A stretch of DNA of 64,000 nt from Neodothiora populina (Eukaryota). Where the stretch lies: contig NW_027191414.1 in NCBI RefSeq assembly GCF_041146345.1, positions 1,178,001 to 1,242,000 on the forward strand, given 5' to 3'. The notes under the pieces are model-generated. The model saw nothing but the letters and a program-made list of their open reading frames with translations, searched no databases and was not told the origin of the DNA. Every line of letters starts with the position of its first letter. Position 1 is the first letter of the stretch. Of the stretch, positions 60,951 through 64,000 are shown in pieces. The translations under genes were made by a program, and so were the position numbers.

Positions 60951-62590
60951 GGCTTGCCGAAGATGTGCCGTGGATATATTGATTCACACCACGCTGCTTG
61001 CCGCCTCAATAACTCCGTATACTGAGACACACAGACGCGCTGTAAGGACGAGAGTGTCTGACTAGACATATCTAAGGCAGATAATGTGGAAGAAGCTTCA
61101 CCGATGAGGCTATAAGGACTTCAAATGTGCCCATCAGATGGAGCTTTAAGAACCAAGATGTATCAGTGAAAGTGTAGGTACTGAGATACAGTAGTGACTC
61201 TCAAACATGATAGCCATGTACCTACGGGTACTCAGGTACCATACAGTGGAGGCTCAACCAGGCATGCGGTGCAATCCGGCGGTCGAATTTGCGACGGCAA
61301 GATAAAGCGGTGATTATACGCTTTCGTTCTTGTCGCAAAACAGGGAAGCCTGTCAGAGGTCTGATTTTGTGACTCTGATAACGGAAAATCCACCGTTCTG
61401 CTGATGCGACAGGAGCACAGCTCTGTTCAAGACAAAACCAGACAAGAATCCATGCATTCGCTACTGGCCGGCGCAGTCACCAGATCCTTGTACCACAGCC
61501 GCATACTGGCGGCGTACTATAGTGTACGATGTTGACCCGATTGGGTAACATTCAATATCAAACACATGATGGACTGTGCATATGTCGCGGGGTGGACGCA
61601 CCGATACATTGCTTATGCACAAATGGAGCTCTGGCCTACAGTCCATATTTCCTACAAAGCACAGCCTGCAGGCCGATCGCGTCAGCGCCAGAGGGTACGG
61701 AAGAAAAGTTACAATAAGATGAGTCTCTCGGCCTTTTCACCCAAATCGGAGGGTGAGACGCTAGGTTTTGCGAGCAGTGAGAGCTTGTCGAGGTGTGGAT
61801 ACAGAGAGTGTGAGGATATATTTATCACGTGAAACAAAAGCTTGAATAGTAGAGGGTGCCCTCGCGTGCTACATGCAGCACTGTGGCAGCTGTACTTGCC
61901 GAGGGCTCATATGCACCAGAAGGGAGAGAAAGGGCACCCGCATCAAGCAAAGGCTATTTTGGCTGCACAGTGCAGCCAGCACAAGAAGGTCAGTCAACTC
62001 AGGCCACACACAGGGCGCCAGGGGAACAAGACGATGAGCTTGGCAGGGAGAGATCATGCGTAGAGGGAGGGAGAAGAGGGAGACGACGAGGACGCGCCTC
62101 TCGGAAGTTGATCCGTCATGACCTTGGCAACCGCGAAAGTTTAGCTTCTGTTGGCTTTTTTGGCTGCTATTGGTGTAGTGAAACGCTGTCAGCGTCTGAC
62201 GTGGACAGAAGCAGGAAAGGCAGAAAGCAGGAGAGAGGGAGTAGTTAGGTAGTAATAGCCAGCAGTGGTGGGTAAGGTAGCAAGGAGCAAGCCTGCCTGC
62301 ACTGCAACAGGGAATTGCAGCGGATACAATACAAGTACAATTCGATAGCCTGGTCTCCCTGAAAAAGTCCAGTTCTTCCTTCTATCAACACAACAGTTGA
62401 ACTTCTCCGGATTGCAACGTTCTGGGCTGCCTTGCTCTTCTGTTCCTCCTCGCTCTCTTTCTCCTTTTTCTTGACTCTATCCGTGGTTGCTTTTGTCATA
62501 CTTGGGCTCTTGCCGTTCTCACGATATTACAATACAAGAACTTCCTTCTTGGGACCGATCTTCTGTTGCTATAATTGTTGCAAACAGCAC

Positions 62591-62619
62591 ATTATCATTA
62601 TTATTATTATTATTATTAT
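62591..62619. repeat. (ATT)n microsatellite
   Basis: attatcattattattattattattattat. Confidence 0.85.
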
Positions 62620-62864
62620 TCTAGGCACAAGCCGCACAGCTGCAGATCTCTTCGACTCAATTTCTAGACTGCAAGGGGGGCGGTTACTGGACGCAGTTCA
62701 CGCCTGTTAGCATTCGTCAGCCTAGAGCTCTAATTCTCCAACAGGCTTTTGAAAGCATACACCAAATTTTTGGGTTCTTTCGTTGTGTTACTTTTTCCAG
62801 CTTCTTTCTTTTTCTTTTTCTTTTTCTTACAAGTCACGACTTTCATATCACGCTTACTAGGATA

Positions 62865-64000
62865 ATGTGGATACGAACAAACGCTTCGCCGCTTCTGCTG
62901 CTATTGTTGCCAGCTTTCAGTGCAGCTCTAACCCCACAAAATCCAAATCGCCTGCAGGTACTCGAAGTTGAATCTCCTGCGCCGGTGAAGCACAAGGCAG
63001 TGGGAGCAGCGGCAGCGGCAGCAGCAGCAGTTGCGAGCAGCATCACAACACCTCAGTATGGAGGTCCGACGGTCAAGCCTGGCGTAGGCACCAAAGATGC
63101 ACCCGTGGACGGATTGGACGGGAAACCACACGCTGGACCATTTGTGGACACGACGCCTCAAGACAAAGGAACCAAAAACAAGAAGCCGGCCGCGGGATTC
63201 GGGGAGCTCGAGAAGCCTCTGCCTACTTCTTTGGAGAAGCTCAAGCAGGGCGGATATGGCTCTGACGAGGCGATTCCAGAGAAGAACGACGGTGTCATGG
63301 ATGACCCTAACCGATCATCACCCAAACAAGGGACCACTGGTACCGAAGGAGGAGTGAGCGAGAGGACGCGAAAGGACAAGTCTCTGGATGCCAAATTGGC
63401 GGAAACAGAAAAGACGGTAGAACCTCCAAAGGAGGCTCCGCCACTTCCTAATTCGGAAGAGAGTCCCGTCAGATCCAAAGCAGCGCAGGAGGTTGAGACA
63501 TTGGGAGATAAAGTCGTCACTTTGACAGGCAAGCCAAAGGGCGCTCAAGGATTGGAGGTGCGTGAGATTGGTACAATTGAGGATATGGACAGTAAGCTGA
63601 TTGTGACCTTCTTTACATGTAGAAGCCAAAGGATCTCCCAGACAAGCCACACGATATCCCTGCGCCGAACCCCAAAGGTCTCCCGGACACCAAAGGCAGC
63701 GCACCACCAGTCACCGCTGCAGAGGAGAACCTCAAGCCAACTCTGCCGTATACCGAAGGCCAGAAGAAGTCGACTCCAAAGACTCCCGGCCAAAGCGACG
63801 AGACTCTCATTCAGCCGTTCCACTCTTTCGTTCTTTCCTTTACAATGATTATTTTCTCTGAAATCGGAGACAAGACTTTTCTTGTTGCTGTCGTCATGGC
63901 GATGCGACACTCGCGTTCTCTGGTCTTCAGCGCCGCTCTGTCTGCGCTTTTTGCCATGACCGTTCTTTCCGCTCTTCTCGGCCACGCCGCTCCAACGCTC
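62865..64000 (+). CDS. GDT1: GDT1/TMEM165 (UPF0016) Golgi Ca2+/Mn2+ transporter, 5' part. Intron 63558-63622; runs off the window.
   Basis: Signal peptide and long lumenal N-terminus. After splicing: HSFVLSFTMIIFSEIGDKTFLVAVVMAMRHSR, with the EIGDKT family motif. Confidence 0.92.

Noticed and set aside
1..64000. CRISPR arrays, intact transposons, rRNA, secondary-metabolite backbone genes
   Set aside because: None seen. The repeats present are microsatellites or coding tandem repeats.

Overview
Eukaryotic DNA from a filamentous ascomycete. Short GT-AG introns with CTRAC/CTAAC branch sites and the gene content suggest Pezizomycotina, possibly a Dothideomycete (inference). I find 18 protein-coding genes, one clear pseudogene and one tRNA. 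In order: AP-2 adaptor alpha subunit, tRNA-Gln(CTG), mitochondrial ABC1/UbiB kinase, a dead ABCC/MRP transporter, pantothenate kinase, RWD/DUF1115 protein, Mad1-like CFEM adhesin with a +1 frameshift before its GPI signal, a spliced KP4/Ecp2-like small secreted protein, Rds1-like ferritin-fold protein, a small hydrophilic protein, a short Zn2Cys6 factor, an orphan with a degenerate RING, a Ca2+/H+ exchanger, a DUF676 lipase, a GNAT, Rtf2, a divergent choline oxidase / betaine aldehyde dehydrogenase pair, a Taz1/TRF-like telobox protein, and GDT1 (truncated by the window end). The most notable unexplained signals are: (1) a ~280 nt densely base-paired non-coding element upstream of pantothenate kinase; (2) a TTAGGG repeat just upstream of the telomere-repeat-binding gene; (3) the KP4/Ecp2-like effector; (4) the adhesin frameshift; (5) an intronless, bacterial-like glycine betaine module with PTS1-type C-termini. 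Exon boundaries were derived by eye, family calls come from recalled motifs, and no database search was run.
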